Shown here: in pieces, positions 39,518-53,147 of the stretch
How the letters are laid out: each line of letters begins with the position of its first letter
How positions within the stretch are numbered: position 1 is the stretch's first letter
NCBI GenBank assembly: GCA_951406725.2
Contig: OX597818.1
Coordinates: 91,698,001-91,762,000, forward strand
DNA length: 64,000 bases
Direction: 5' to 3'
Origin: Octopus vulgaris
Lineage: Eukaryota
Position numbers and translations under genes: made by a program
The notes under the pieces: generated by a model
What the model saw: the letters and a program-made list of their open reading frames with translations, nothing else
Database searches by the model: none
Told to the model about the DNA's origin: nothing

Positions 39518-39650
39518 GGCTTCTCATGCTGTTCCATTCGGATGATTCGATCCTGCGGTCATTGTACTGGACACCAGCAGCTGCGAACAGCATACGGCAG
39601 ATCTCAGCACGGCCACGGTGGTTGAAGTAGTGGAGAGTGTAGGAAGGCAT
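39518..39650 (-). CDS. S-crystallin gene B exon 1
   Basis: [44 protein letters not shown] plus C; donor GTAAGA. Confidence 0.96.
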
Positions 39651-39777
39651 GTTTTGTTGTTGGTTGTTGTTGAAGAGTGTAACGTAACTTTGTACAGGGT
39701 AAGACCTGAGGTATAACAGTTGGCTTCTAGCTGTGTAGATGGCAAACTGGTCACTGAGATTTCGACCAGCCTTCGAG

Positions 39778-39785
39778 TATATATA
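39778..39785 (-). promoter_or_regulatory. TATA box of gene B (TATATATA)
   Basis: ggcTATATATActc about 128 nt upstream of the ATG, in non-microsatellite context. Confidence 0.65.
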
Positions 39786-39791
39786 GCCGTT

Positions 39792-39818
39792 GAAAATTAT
39801 ACATGATTGCCAAATGTC
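39792..39818 (-). promoter_or_regulatory. Conserved S-crystallin promoter block, copy B
   Basis: gaaaattatacatgattgccaaatgtc, 24/27 identical to 1954-1980. Confidence 0.6.
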
Positions 39819-39866
39819 CTCAGCGTACTGTTTACAATTCTGGTACAGAAGAATGAGACACCCGTA

Positions 39867-39883
39867 ATGATTCAGCATTTAAT
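39867..39883 (-). promoter_or_regulatory. AP-1/ARE or half-MARE-like site upstream of gene B
   Basis: Minus strand attaaaTGCTGAATCAT is one mismatch from TGCTGAGTCAT, has an AT-rich 5' flank, and lies about 80 nt upstream of the TATA box. Confidence 0.45.
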
Positions 39884-40047
39884 TGGAGCAATGACAATTT
39901 CAAAAGAACTAATAGATATCTCTGGTGAACTAGTTTAAATGTACTTTTAATGTCCTCACTCACATCATCATTCATATATACACTCAGTACACTCACACGC
40001 AAACAAGTATGCACGCACGCAAGCACATGGGCATGAAATCATACACA

Positions 40048-40090
<43 letters not shown>

Positions 40091-40199
40091 TGAGTGTGTA
40101 TATGTCTGTGTGGGTGGTGGATGTGTGTGTGTTCACGCATACATATATGTGTGTATAGGTGTGTATATGTATAAAGGAATATATATATATATATATATA

Positions 40200-40590
40200 T
40201 GTGTGTGTAGCTTGCTTACCAACCACATGGTTCGGGGTTCAGTTCCACTGCGTAGCACCTTGGGCAAGTGTCTTCAACTATAGCCTCGGGCCGACCAAAG
40301 CCTTGTGAGTGGATTTGGTAGACGGAAACTGAAAGAAGCCCGTCGTATATATTCATGTATATATGTATGTATGTGTGTGTGTTTGTGTGTCTGTGTGTGT
40401 CCCCCCAACATCGCTTGACAACCGATGCTGGTGTATTTACGTCCCCGTAACTTAGCGTTTCAGCAAAAGACTCGGATAGAATAATTACTAGGCTTAAAAA
40501 GAAGAAATGAAGGGGTCAATTTGTTCGACTAAAGGCGGTGCTCCGGCTTCGCTACAGTCAAATGACTGAAACAAGTTAAAGACTAAAAGA
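40200..40590 (+). mobile_element. SINE type 2, about 400 bp upstream of the gene B TATA
   Basis: Aligns to 3075-3497. Confidence 0.8.
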
Positions 40591-40639
40591 TTAAAAGAGT
40601 ATGTATATTCATTTGTACATATACATATACATATATATA

Positions 40640-40728
<89 letters not shown>

Positions 40729-40904
40729 TCTTTATTTTATTCTCCATTCTCTAAATTTATTTCTGTCTTCTAAAATCATGATCACCAGTTTTCTCTAGGA
40801 TTTAGACTGCAGAAAAATGTCTGCTTGGCAAGTAAATTTGAAGGTAGTTGTAAGACAAATAAATAACTGAATCAGACATTAAATGCATTAATACATTAAA
40901 CATA

Positions 40905-41254
40905 TACGGTGGTCCTAAAGTCTTGTCACCCCTACCGAAAAGTAATAAGAGCAAAAAAGGAACGATATAATATCAAACACGTGTACTGGTTTTAACACTC
41001 ACTTTCATCGACAAGGACAATGTCACACATCGAGTTCTGTATGAGTACCATCATTTTCCTGATACAAAATGATGTGGCGCTATGTCCTGTGTGATATTTT
41101 ACGAAGCTGTGCTTTGGTGATTGTTGCAAAGGCTACCGAAACAGCTTCCTTCAAATGTTGGGTATCCTGGTATCGCTCTTGTGAAACTCTCCTTTATAAT
41201 AGAAAATTAAAACAATATCTACAAGTAGTATCAAGGCTTTCGGACCACCTTGTA
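40905..41254. mobile_element. Tc1/mariner-type MITE
   Basis: TIRs tac(--)ggtggtcctaaagtctt versus reverse complement tacaaggtggtccgaaagcctt, with TA termini. Confidence 0.6.
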
Positions 41255-42500
41255 GATAACTGGAAAAAAAAAGCCAAAACACAATCATTCAATGTTATGA
41301 ACAAAGACAGATAAAAAAATATTAATGGGTGAGATTTTTATTTTTATTTTTTTGTTTAAGAAAAAGCAATGTTTCGCTCGGCAGATAATTATGATAGATA
41401 ACGTAGAAAGCGATTTTGTTCGATTGTCTGTTAGAATCGGTTGAAAGACTATCATTCCGGTTTATCTTTTGTGTTCAAATTTCGTCGCGTTCGATGTTAG
41501 CTTTCAGGAGTTTGATACCGATAAAATAATACATAGATGAATTTCTTTTGAGCTCTAGGATCCATACTTGGTTTCCCTGGCGTATACATGATCGAAATCT
41601 TAACATACGTCAGACGTGGACGCCGATCCGTTGCAGATTTTAGTTTAGTGAATTTAGACAATCTGGTTACATCACCTTTCAGGACTTGACTGGTGCTTTA
41701 TATTGTCGACCACGTAGGGATAAATGATAAAGTTGAACTGGGATTTGAACTGAGTTGATGAAGAGACGAGAGAAGTGTTCCTAAACACTTTCTCCAACGT
41801 GCTAATAATTCGCCATCTCGCCGCCTACGAATCAATTATTTGGTAAATATAATCGATATTTTCCTCCGCACCAAATATGTGGCCCTTTTGTTTTTATCCT
41901 AAACAATATTAAGCCTTTCTCTATTGATTTCTATTGTTAATTTGCTGAACATTCTCTCTCACAAAAGTCATTCCAGCCTCCTCAAATTTTAGCTTTGTGT
42001 CTCTATTAGGAATTGATTTATAGTTATACCCATGTAAGTTACGAACAATTATCCTTGTTATTCGAGATTGGGTTTGTACTTAAAATAAGTATTCTCAGTT
42101 TTCATACCAAGTATCTTCCCATCGATTAATTCTTACAGCTATTTACTTGGTGACTTTAACAGATATATTTTGTCTTCGTAGAAACTAGTCAGAAACAAAT
42201 AGTGAGATCTATTTATCATAGTCAGTATTTTATGTCAGTTTTTTTCGTAAAATGATTTATTTATAGCACATTTGTGTGATTAGACAGCAAAAACATCGAC
42301 AGTATTTTCGAATATTATTCGTTCAAGTGTTTTTCTCTTTATCTCTTATAATCTTTCATATAAGTTAGCGTTTTTTTGTGTATCCACTTTTGCAGGATAC
42401 TGAAAATGGAAAACTTCTCCTTTCCAGTTGAGTCTCAGTATTGTTTGATGTTAATTATGTATTACTTTTTCGCTTTAGCTGTAATTAATTTTTTTTCTGT

Positions 42501-42564
<64 letters not shown>

Positions 42565-42612
42565 CACATACATATATATATATATATACATACATATATA
42601 TATATATATATG

Positions 42613-42703
<91 letters not shown>

Positions 42704-42800
42704 TATGTATATATATATGTATGTATGTAATTACATACATACGTGTACATATGTTTACACATAAGTACACACATACACACACACACATACACACACATAT

Positions 42801-44330
42801 GTTTCTTTATTAGCCACACACGGCTGAACACTGAGAGGAAAAATACAAAGTGGAGCTATTCTTTTTGGGAAGGAAAGAAAAAATAGGGTGTTAGAATTTT
42901 GATCAAAAGAGATTGTGGAAAGACAAAAAAAGAAAAAATAGAAAGCCGAACAATAGGGATCGTGTATCGCAGAAATGTAATAATACAAAAGGAGAAACAG
43001 ATTAGGTTTATCTCTGGAAAGAAAAGCCTACGGAAAGGACCAAGGTAACCTCAGGCAATAATGTCATGCAAAAAACACCTTACAGTAAATTACTCTTTTT
43101 TCCTTTCTTTTTCTGGTTCATAGGATTATGCTCTAGGTGCCTCCGTCATTCACCCATCTCTTTTGAAACATTCACCTATCTTTTTTTGAAGCATTCCCTA
43201 AAGAAAATTTTCCTCTCTACTCTCACCTTCCTCTTCAAGTGATACTTGAAGAAGTTGATGAGAGATTCACCAGAGAGGAAAGTATTTGTCTCTAGACCTT
43301 TCAGACGCGTCCACCATACACATTCTTTCGCCATAGTCACAAGTACGAAGAAAATGGCTCTTCCTTCCCGTTTCAAGGAACGAGGCGCGACAATATTCAC
43401 GATAGACACGGTTGATAAAGTGACTCGTCCCATACGCGATAGCCCACACGTCGGAAATGGTTGGACACTGTACGAGTGCGTGCAGAACGATTTCGTTGCC
43501 CTGACCGCATCTAGGACAGGTCGGCCCCGTGCTTCTCGAGCCATGCCTGAAGAGCTTATCCCTAACGGATAACGCTTCTCGATAGCACTGCCAGGCCAGG
43601 GATCACTGGAAGTTGTCTATCGTCCTGGCCCGAAAGTTGTCTTGAACTGGCGGGTCAGGTATTCCTCGTCGACGCGCAGGTGCGGGAAAGCGCGCCTCAC
43701 GAACGGCGACCAAACCTGTTCACCGCTGTCTACGTAGAGCCGGCGATGTCGCAGTCTCAGCGCGTGTCTGCGCATCAGGAACCACGGCATGCCCAACCCT
43801 CCTTTTAACGGGTTTTGGCAGCAAACGGATCACCTGACCATCGGGACACATCCTTTCCACAAGAAACGGAAGATAAAGCGTTCCAATTTGGTGGTGGTGG
43901 TGGTAGGTCGGGACAAGGCACGATGGTTAGGTGGTAGTTGATGACGGACGCGATGTACGTGTTTGCCACCTCCGCCCGACCTTTTATGGACAGCTTCTTC
44001 TCGGCCCATTGTGGCGAGAGTGACAACCCTACGCGTTATCTCGTTCCAGTTCTCCATTTGGAGGTCGGAACTAAACCAGACCCCGAGCAACTCGACCGGA
44101 CCGTAAGTCCAGCGTCCTATGACTGGGGCGCTGCTGGATGACATGGGCTTGCTTCTCCAGGTGCTGACTGTTCCCGGTTGATTTTCGATCCTGTTACCAC
44201 TTTGTAGGCTTTCAGAACCTCGTCGACCAGCTCGATGTGCTTCTGGCTAGACACTATAATTGTGACGTTGCTCGCGTATGCGGACCCGCTCGTCCCGCAT
44301 CCCAATTCTCGCGGGATGCCCCTCATGATC
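42801..44330 (-). mobile_element. 5'-truncated Tx1/L1-clade LINE (RT C-terminal half plus 3' UTR)
   Basis: GC-rich island. SAYASNVT (degenerate AYADD), GSKINREQS, VELLGVWF, W..KKLSIKGRAEVANTYIAS, FRFLWKG. The 3' end ..aataaagaaac abuts a (TG)/(TA) microsatellite. Confidence 0.85.
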
Positions 44331-44469
44331 AAAACAGTTTCATTCAAATTCGTTGGTACACTTGAGTTTCAAACGTGATGCTAGTCTTCAGCCATTATGA
44401 ATTTAATTTAGAAGGTCACGCAGTGTCGTGATTTGATGTTGGTGTAACAATCAGGCTCTGATGTGATTT

Positions 44470-44544
<75 letters not shown>

Positions 44545-45059
44545 ATATATGTATGTATGTATATATATACATACATACATTCATACATATACATTTGTGA
44601 GTACTAGGTATTTTGTCTTATTCTAATCAGTTTACTATATCTTGCATCTGAAACTTATTTAACTAATTCTAACTATTTTGTGATATTTCTCTATTTCTGT
44701 TTCATGTATTAAGTATCCCCTACCTGTATAATCTAAAGGATTCACTTAATCTTTTAGTCTTTTCATCACTTTGCTTCATTTCTAATTTATCGCACTAATA
44801 TTGTCGTGTTTGGAGGAACTGGTATATAATTGCATTTCGGGCATTCGGTTTAGTATTAATAGCATCATAACCTTAGTCTTCTCTAGAACACGTATTTAAT
44901 TATGATACCTTTATTCCTGTTAACTTTCTCATATCGGTTTCATCTACCTCTAAATATTTTATGTACAGGGTTGTATTTTAATTATCTTATTTTAGTGCCT
45001 AAACCTGAATATTTTCCGCTTCAGCACATTTTACTATGAAATCATTAACTAATCGCTCT

Positions 45060-45600
45060 TCAGTGTCACTAAGCTCGATATTTGTAGACTGTTAATAATT
45101 TATACTGGAGATGAAAGAGGTGATGAGCACGCACTTTTGGAAGACGGCCAATTTCTGCATAGATTATCTATAGCATTTCAGTTCTTTATGGTGAAACTTT
45201 ACGAAATTAATGATAATTATCTATAAAAATCCTTTTGCGTAACTAAATATATTTTTTTAAATGACGAACTCTGGGCAAATTGGTTTGCGTTAGCAAACTT
45301 TGTACATTTAAGTTCATGATTTTCAAAGAGATCGTTTCTGGTGAGAGAAAGAAGGATCGTTTGTTTTGGGATTGGAAATTCCTCAAGAGAAACCACACCT
45401 TGGTATGTTCTACAATAAGTGAACATTATATACCTGGACCATACGCATATTTAAACTCATTATCATCATTAGATATTGTAGATTTCGACCTTGGTAAAAC
45501 TTTTTGAAAATAATAAAACTTAAATTTACTTTGGCATTCTCGAACTTTATATATATCGATATAGAATTTTTATCCATAGAGAATTTTGTCTGATAATCTG
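45060..45600 (-). mobile_element. Possible very old Penelope-like RT fragment
   Basis: GRLPKVR weakly resembles PLE GLPKIHK; heavily decayed. Confidence 0.3.
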
Positions 45601-46471
45601 GTACCACTAGTGTATGTTCAGGCAGTCGGTTCCCCTACTAGACTTGCTAAGAAAGCGATCTGTTAAAAGGACGAATGAAACCAACGCACGTCAACGACTA
45701 TTTAGCAATAGCATATGGATTTCTGAATTCTGGGACGGCGCCTGATACGATATCAGACAATAAGTGTGATGTAATACTTTGTAATTCCTTAGTAAATCAC
45801 AGCTCTAGTAGAAGGCACTACTATGTTCACAGTTAAGGCAATTATATATGTTTGACAGCAGTCAGAGTTCTGAAGCATTTGAAATTACCAGACTAATGTA
45901 GTGACAAGTCCGAGCAGGAACACCCATTAACTGTGAATGTTTGCAACGTGAAAAAGTATATAGGAGTCAACGCAGATAGGAAATCACATCAGAAGACACA
46001 TTAGGGCCCACCAACCATATTCGTCCACAAAGACGTAACGAATAGATGCAAAGAAAGAGAACTGTGCCTGGGGCCATGATTCACTGTCATGAGGAGCATT
46101 GATTCTCAGTCATGTATTCGTATAGAATATAACAAGATTTTACATACAGTTGCCCATGATACTTAACGGAATTCATTACAAACATTAATTTCAGGATAAC
46201 TATTTGTTTCAAATTCTGATGTTCTAATTTCAATCTGCGATTCTTGAATATTTCTCATCATTATACACACACAAAAGTAGAGGTGGCGAAGTCGCCAGCT
46301 TCTTCGTAAAGGTGGTCGATTCTCATGTGTTCAACGATAAAACCAGCACAATGCTATTGAAATAATAATAGTGATAAATAAATAAATAATAATATTAATA
46401 ATAATATTAATAATAACAACAACAATAACAACAACAACAATAATAATAATTCTTATAGTAAAAATCTTCCG

Positions 46472-46503
<32 letters not shown>

Positions 46504-46540
46504 AGTATCATGACCAATTTGGTTGTTCGCATTATATTCT

Positions 46541-46662
46541 TATTGGGTCAGCCCAAAAATAATGCGGTGTTTTTTATACTTCTTTTATTCTTCAAAATTA
46601 TATAAAGTTCTTTTTTAATCTGAAATATACTCTCCTTCATTTTCTACAATGCTTCTCCAGGG
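46541..46662 (-). mobile_element. Mariner 3' end fragment
   Basis: TIR-like tattgggtcagcccaaaaataatgcgg; minus frame WRSIVENEGEYI matches the mariner transposase C-terminus. Confidence 0.55.
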
Positions 46663-47513
46663 CTTGCAGGCTGATCTCGTCGTGCTCTACAGATCATGCA
46701 GGACAAAGCTCGTCTTTTAGGCTGTAGTTTCCGGCTCGGCATTTCTGGAGCCACTGGTGACATTGGCTTACGTTTATTGTCCGATCCACATATATTGCAT
46801 TAATATTCCCCGCACTTTTGCAAAATATGCCGAATATGCCCCTTTGACACTTCCATTATAGCTTCGAAAAAATAACTGTTTAAATCGAACTGCACTCTTC
46901 AAATCTGCAGTAAGAATAAATACATACCCCTCCGACTTTTAATTCATGCAATGAAAACCTATAATTTATAGGATGACCCAATATAACCACCGAATCATGC
47001 AAACACAGCTGCATATAATGTGTATGCATAAAAAATGTTACATATAAGCAGAAATATTCAAGCATAAATAGATAAAATTACCAATTGTGTACACCTTTTT
47101 CTTTTGGCTTCTATACGTAGCAAAATGAGGTAGTTACCTCTGAAAGTTTTTGCAATGTGTTGACACAAACATGCAACGTTTCATTAAGTGTTTAACTCAA
47201 TTGCCAATATGTTATAAAAATCATGAAACGGAACACGGATACCACCAATGCTAATGTTATCAATATCAGATGGCGGAATAATGTAACGGAACAACGTACC
47301 GAAATCATATATATGAGTTTGATAATCCTTACGTGATCGAAAGTGTAAATATTAAAACGTACATTTTGCGCCTGAGTTTAACGAAATTAAATCTTTTAAG
47401 TACATCTACGTGTCTCAAGAGACAGCCATAACTCTATGCGAAGCTGATAGCTGTCGATTCAATACAAATATTTCAACCAACATTGATAACAACTAATTGA
47501 AAGTTAATCTCAT

Positions 47514-47857
47514 AATTCTGAGATCCCCTTCAGTCACGAAACACACCAAGGGATTGCACCTAGAAAGTTATCCTCCCAGATACAAGTCCGGGCTAGATTG
47601 TTTATGGAAGACCCGCAGTCGCTCATGCATACCGGTTTCCCCTCTCCACGCCACCAGTGTTATCCAAGAGAAAGGCAAATGCCGATGCAGCTTGGAGCCA
47701 GTGATTTCGCAACTCCTTTCTACAGCTGAGTGAACTGGAGCAACGTGAAATAAAGTGTCTTGCTCAAGAACACAACACGCAGCTCGGTCCGGTATTCGAT
47801 CTCACAACTTCACGATCGTAAGTTCGACGCTTTAACCATTGAGCCATGCGCCTTCAC
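47514..47857 (-). mobile_element. SINE type 4, full length, with 9-bp TSD (taatctcat)
   Basis: Head TGGCTCAATGGTT..GATCGAATACC; TSD at 47505-47513 and 47858-47866. Confidence 0.8.
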
Positions 47858-47949
47858 TAATCTCATGATATACCACTTCTATTAACATGATCGTGAATTG
47901 AATCTCTAAGAACATGAAAATGTAACATATGGTTCATTTAAAGATCATA

Positions 47950-48420
47950 AAGGCAATATTTTGACAATCACAAAAGTTGAGAAATATATCTTAACAAAAA
48001 TAAAACAGTTGGTGCCGGCACAAATGTTTATGATACCATAATTTGTAACATTAAACAGGTCACCTCTCTTCCATTTTGGAAAGATACTTCGTGTTATGAA
48101 ATGATGAGACTTAACAATCGAGAATCTATTGAAAGTTTTGAAAAGTGGCAATTTGAACAGCGTCCGTATGCTGATCATCGCATTCACTGACAAATATTTC
48201 AAAATACCTACTTTTAAAGTATTTTGTTGAGTTAATGTCCTTCGAAATTATACTGCTAAAACATACTGACCTACATAGATTCAAGTGGATAATCGTACAA
48301 AAATCCATGCCTTTTGTTAACGAATCTCAGAAATGCAACTTATGCGTATCTGAGACATCGCATATGCTTTTTAGGACTAGAGATTCCACCGCACTGCTGA
48401 ATTGCAGCTCAGCAATTGAA
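47950..48420 (+). mobile_element. Penelope-like GIY-YIG remnant
   Basis: FKWIIVQKSMPFVNESQKCNLCVSE..LLN fits the PLE endonuclease C-terminal W.I..CxLC..E motif. Confidence 0.6.
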
Positions 48421-48682
48421 CTTATTTCCTCTCCAGATTCAGCAGCTGTGTGTTAGGCCACTCTCCGTTTGTTCCTTCTACAACAAAAGATTTATTATAG
48501 ATGTAAGGACAAAAGGGAGATAATTATTTTCTTTTTTTCTTCGCAGCAGAGTTTGGGGTCAATCTGTGTCAAGTGGCTTTACTCTGCGTACATATATATA
48601 TATAAATATATATATGCATATATATATATATATGTATGTATGTATATATGCATATATATATATATTTGTATTTATATATTTA

Positions 48683-48736
<54 letters not shown>

Positions 48737-48757
48737 TATATATGTATGTATACATAC

Positions 48758-48793
<36 letters not shown>

Positions 48794-49951
48794 TTATGTA
48801 TGTATGTATGTATGTATACAATATTTTCATCCCTAGACATTTTCTCTCACTCCATTTTTCTTCTTTTCAACAATTTCTATTGACGATCATAGGCTCAAAA
48901 AGTCAAGGCATTTCCATCTTTCCGCAGTGTCAAACTAATGCGCACGTGCTTCTTGTTCCCTCGCCTATCTTCGTCTCCTTTATGATTGCAAGCATGGTGG
49001 AGTATTACCTCGAAAAGTTTTAGTCCAAGCAATGGATACCAGTATTTATTCGTTGTAATTCTGGAACTTATTCTATCGACCGCCTTTGCCGAACCGCTGT
49101 AACGTGGTCATAAACGCACCAAAATCGGTTGACAAAGGATGATGATCTAACAGACCACTTTAAATGGTGTTAGCCAGTCAAAGCGACCCTAAGACTTACT
49201 TTTTTAAAAGTCCAGTAATTATTCCATGTCACTTTTACCGGTCTGGAAAATAAACACAGACACAAAGACGTACACACAAAGACGTAGATATTTATATATA
49301 CATGTAACCATTTATATCCATTCAGAAGGTTTTGCTATAGTAGAAGACAGATGCCCAAAGTGCCCTGCAGTGGGGCTGAACACGGTACAATGTCGTTGGG
49401 AAGCAAGATTTTTACCACTCAGCTGCGCCTGCGTATACATATATATATATATATATATATATGCATTTCGGTATGTGCTCATCCATGTGTTTATATGCGT
49501 AGTTGAAGCAGGATTATCAGCGATAATATATTAGCAAGTAAATAAGATAAATCAGATATTGATATGGCAAAGAACAGAAAGTTTCTGATTCTCACGGTAC
49601 TCCGTAAGAAACAGAGATAAAGAAGCTGCATCATTTACCTTTGGAAGTTTCCTGTAGATAAAGAAACAAACTTACGTTCAAACAAATAATTTGAAGATAT
49701 ATATAGATAAAGCGGCATGTTTGAAAACCTTTAACGCTTAGAAAATTTGTGGAGATAGAAAATTTACAACAATACTCTAGTGAAGCTGCCAATATTTAAG
49801 TGCTTACCTAGTGAGTTAATGGCACTTCGGTAGAATATTTTTAAAGAATATCTTGATAATGTGAAAGAATGTGTTCATACATAGAAATGCATGAGAGTGG
49901 ATGTATGTGTGCGTAAGTTATACATCCATAGGAATTTTATTTTCAAATCTA

Positions 49952-49984
<33 letters not shown>

Positions 49985-50079
49985 CATATAAATATATATG
50001 TATATATGTAAATATATATATATATATGTATACACACACACGCACACTCACATATATATATATATATATATGTATCTAC

Positions 50080-50153
<74 letters not shown>

Positions 50154-50177
50154 TTATATATATGTATATACACACAC

Positions 50178-50222
<45 letters not shown>

Positions 50223-50678
50223 GCACGTGCACATACATATGTGAAGTATTACAGGATAGAGATAAAATTATTAACGTTGCTGTAGAAAGCCAGTACAATG
50301 CAAGTTGGAGATAAAGAAATAGAAAGAGAAGTAAAATAGAATAAAACAGTAGTTTATAGTCATATCTTAAACCTCAATTTTTCAGGGATAAAACTATTTT
50401 ATCAACAGTAAGAGAAGATGGCGGGGAGCAGATATCTTTTGCACAAAAAGCTTTCTGAAATATATCACCTTCTTAGAAATCTCCGTTTTGTTTTGTAGAG
50501 ATACTTTAACCCCGAAATATCGAGAAATATTGTAAAAGCGAAAACAGCTGTTAGATTTGTTTCACATTTTTCCCCCTTTCCGTCCATCTTTAAAAGATAT
50601 TGTACGGCTTCTATGAAAGAATGCTAGGATTTGTAACAAAGATCAATGCCATCAATGCATGCATGGATCCATCTATCA

Positions 50679-50768
<90 letters not shown>

Positions 50769-50776
50769 TTCTACAT

Positions 50777-51356
<580 letters not shown>

Positions 51357-51668
51357 ATATATATATAGCTGAAAATATTGGAGTCAACAAGCAGTACGTT
51401 TGGACATTTTTTAATCACTTCAATTGTTTCCACACACCGTAGTTCTCCAGGCATGCTCGTACTTGATTATTCAACCGCTTCCCTGCATTATGAGATCTAG
51501 TTTTGTTTCCTCGGGTGACATGAAAATATCTTCTCCGTAAGTTCAAAATCTCGGCTTCAAGAACTTACTATCTGTCTGTCGTGGCCTGAATTTAGTAGTA
51601 GTCGCTGAGTTTATCAGGGTGTGTTGTTGCTGAAGGACTGTTGGCATATCACCGTTGCTAACAGAATA

Positions 51669-52315
51669 TATCATAGTCAAAAATTAACTGGACTTTCGCC
51701 ATAACTTTTCTATTATTATCACACGCCTTCTGCGCATGCGTGCTTATACTTGATACTGTTGTGGTCCCGTGATCAATGTTTGAGGCTGATAGTAAAATTT
51801 TCGTTCTGGCTTTACAAATGTAAGCATGGCCGCTCCACTAGCAATGTGCACCAACGAAGAACAAAGAGCAGTGATCCGATTTCTCTGGTCGAATGATGTG
51901 TCAGGTACTGAAATTTATCGGAAGCTTTTAGTAGAGTACGGGCACAGTGCAATACCGCGTAGAAGTGTGTATGAGTGGATGGAGAAGTCTGAAAGTGGGC
52001 AGACAAGCGTGCCGAATGAAGACGGTGCCCGTCAATCTCCACAACTGGTGAGAAGATTCAAGAGACTCGAACAGGTGAACAGGTTCACCATTACCATCTC
52101 TCAGTTCTCTGCTCTTTGTTCTTTGGTGCTCATTGCTAGCGGAGCAGCCATGCTTAAACTGTAAAGCCAGAAATAAAAATGGCGCGATCAGACTCAAATT
52201 TCGATCAGGTAACAACAATAGTACCAACTACAGGCACGCATGCGCAGAAGGCAGTGTGACAATGATAATGATATGCTCTGTCGAAAGTGCGGATATTTTT
52301 TTTAATTTCCTCATA
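51669..52315 (+). mobile_element. Mariner derivative with N-terminal HTH remnant and an inverted copy of its 5' end
   Basis: ORF 51826: CTNEEQRAVIRFLW..EIYRKL..YG.SAIPRRSVYEW..SGQTSV is a mariner transposase DNA-binding domain. About 51690-51880 is repeated inverted at about 52100-52295. Confidence 0.85.
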
Positions 52316-52489
52316 TACATGTGCGTGTGTGTGTGTGCGTATGTATGCATGTAGGTATGTGTGTGTGCGTATGTATGCATGTAGGTATGTGTGTGTGTGT
52401 ACGTATATAAACACACGCATACATAAGTTCACGTATAACATGAATATATATGAGTCTATATTTATGCACATATAAACACACACATACGC

Positions 52490-52537
<48 letters not shown>

Positions 52538-52564
52538 GTGTGTGTGCATATATATATTCATATA

Positions 52565-52617
<53 letters not shown>

Positions 52618-53045
52618 GTGTATGTATGTATGTATATGTATATATATTATATATATATATATCCCACACATAGATAAATGCGAGTATATCTCCAAAAGCC
52701 TTTATCTTCGTCACCGTCACAAGTCTCGCAACTAAATGTCTTGAGACTTAAGAAATTTCCCCTTCTCACGGCACAACAGTACAGAAATTATCTTATTTCA
52801 TTATTGTATCATATGCTTCTTTGTGATAGAGATGATGCAGCTATCACTAGATTCCAATTACACTAAAGTTTTTTTTTTTTTATTGTTTTTTTTTCTATAT
52901 TCTGGAGAGGAAGGCTTCAGTCATCTACTGATAAATGTATTCTATCTAAATAGAAACACTCGGTGAATAGAAACAAGAAATTTTGATATCTGTTTTCTAC
53001 TTCTTTTCTGTTGAATACTTATCTTCTTGAAAGGACTGACAGATG

Positions 53046-53146
<101 letters not shown>

Positions 53147-53147
53147 G

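Noticed and set aside
39651-39878. Apparent 76-aa N-terminal extension of gene B in the ORF track
   Set aside because: No in-frame ATG; it runs through the TATA box and promoter, and gene A has no equivalent.
43176-44347. GC-rich island as horizontally transferred or bacterial DNA
   Set aside because: Explained by a frameshifted Tx1/L1-like ORF2; the + strand ORFs are antisense shadows.
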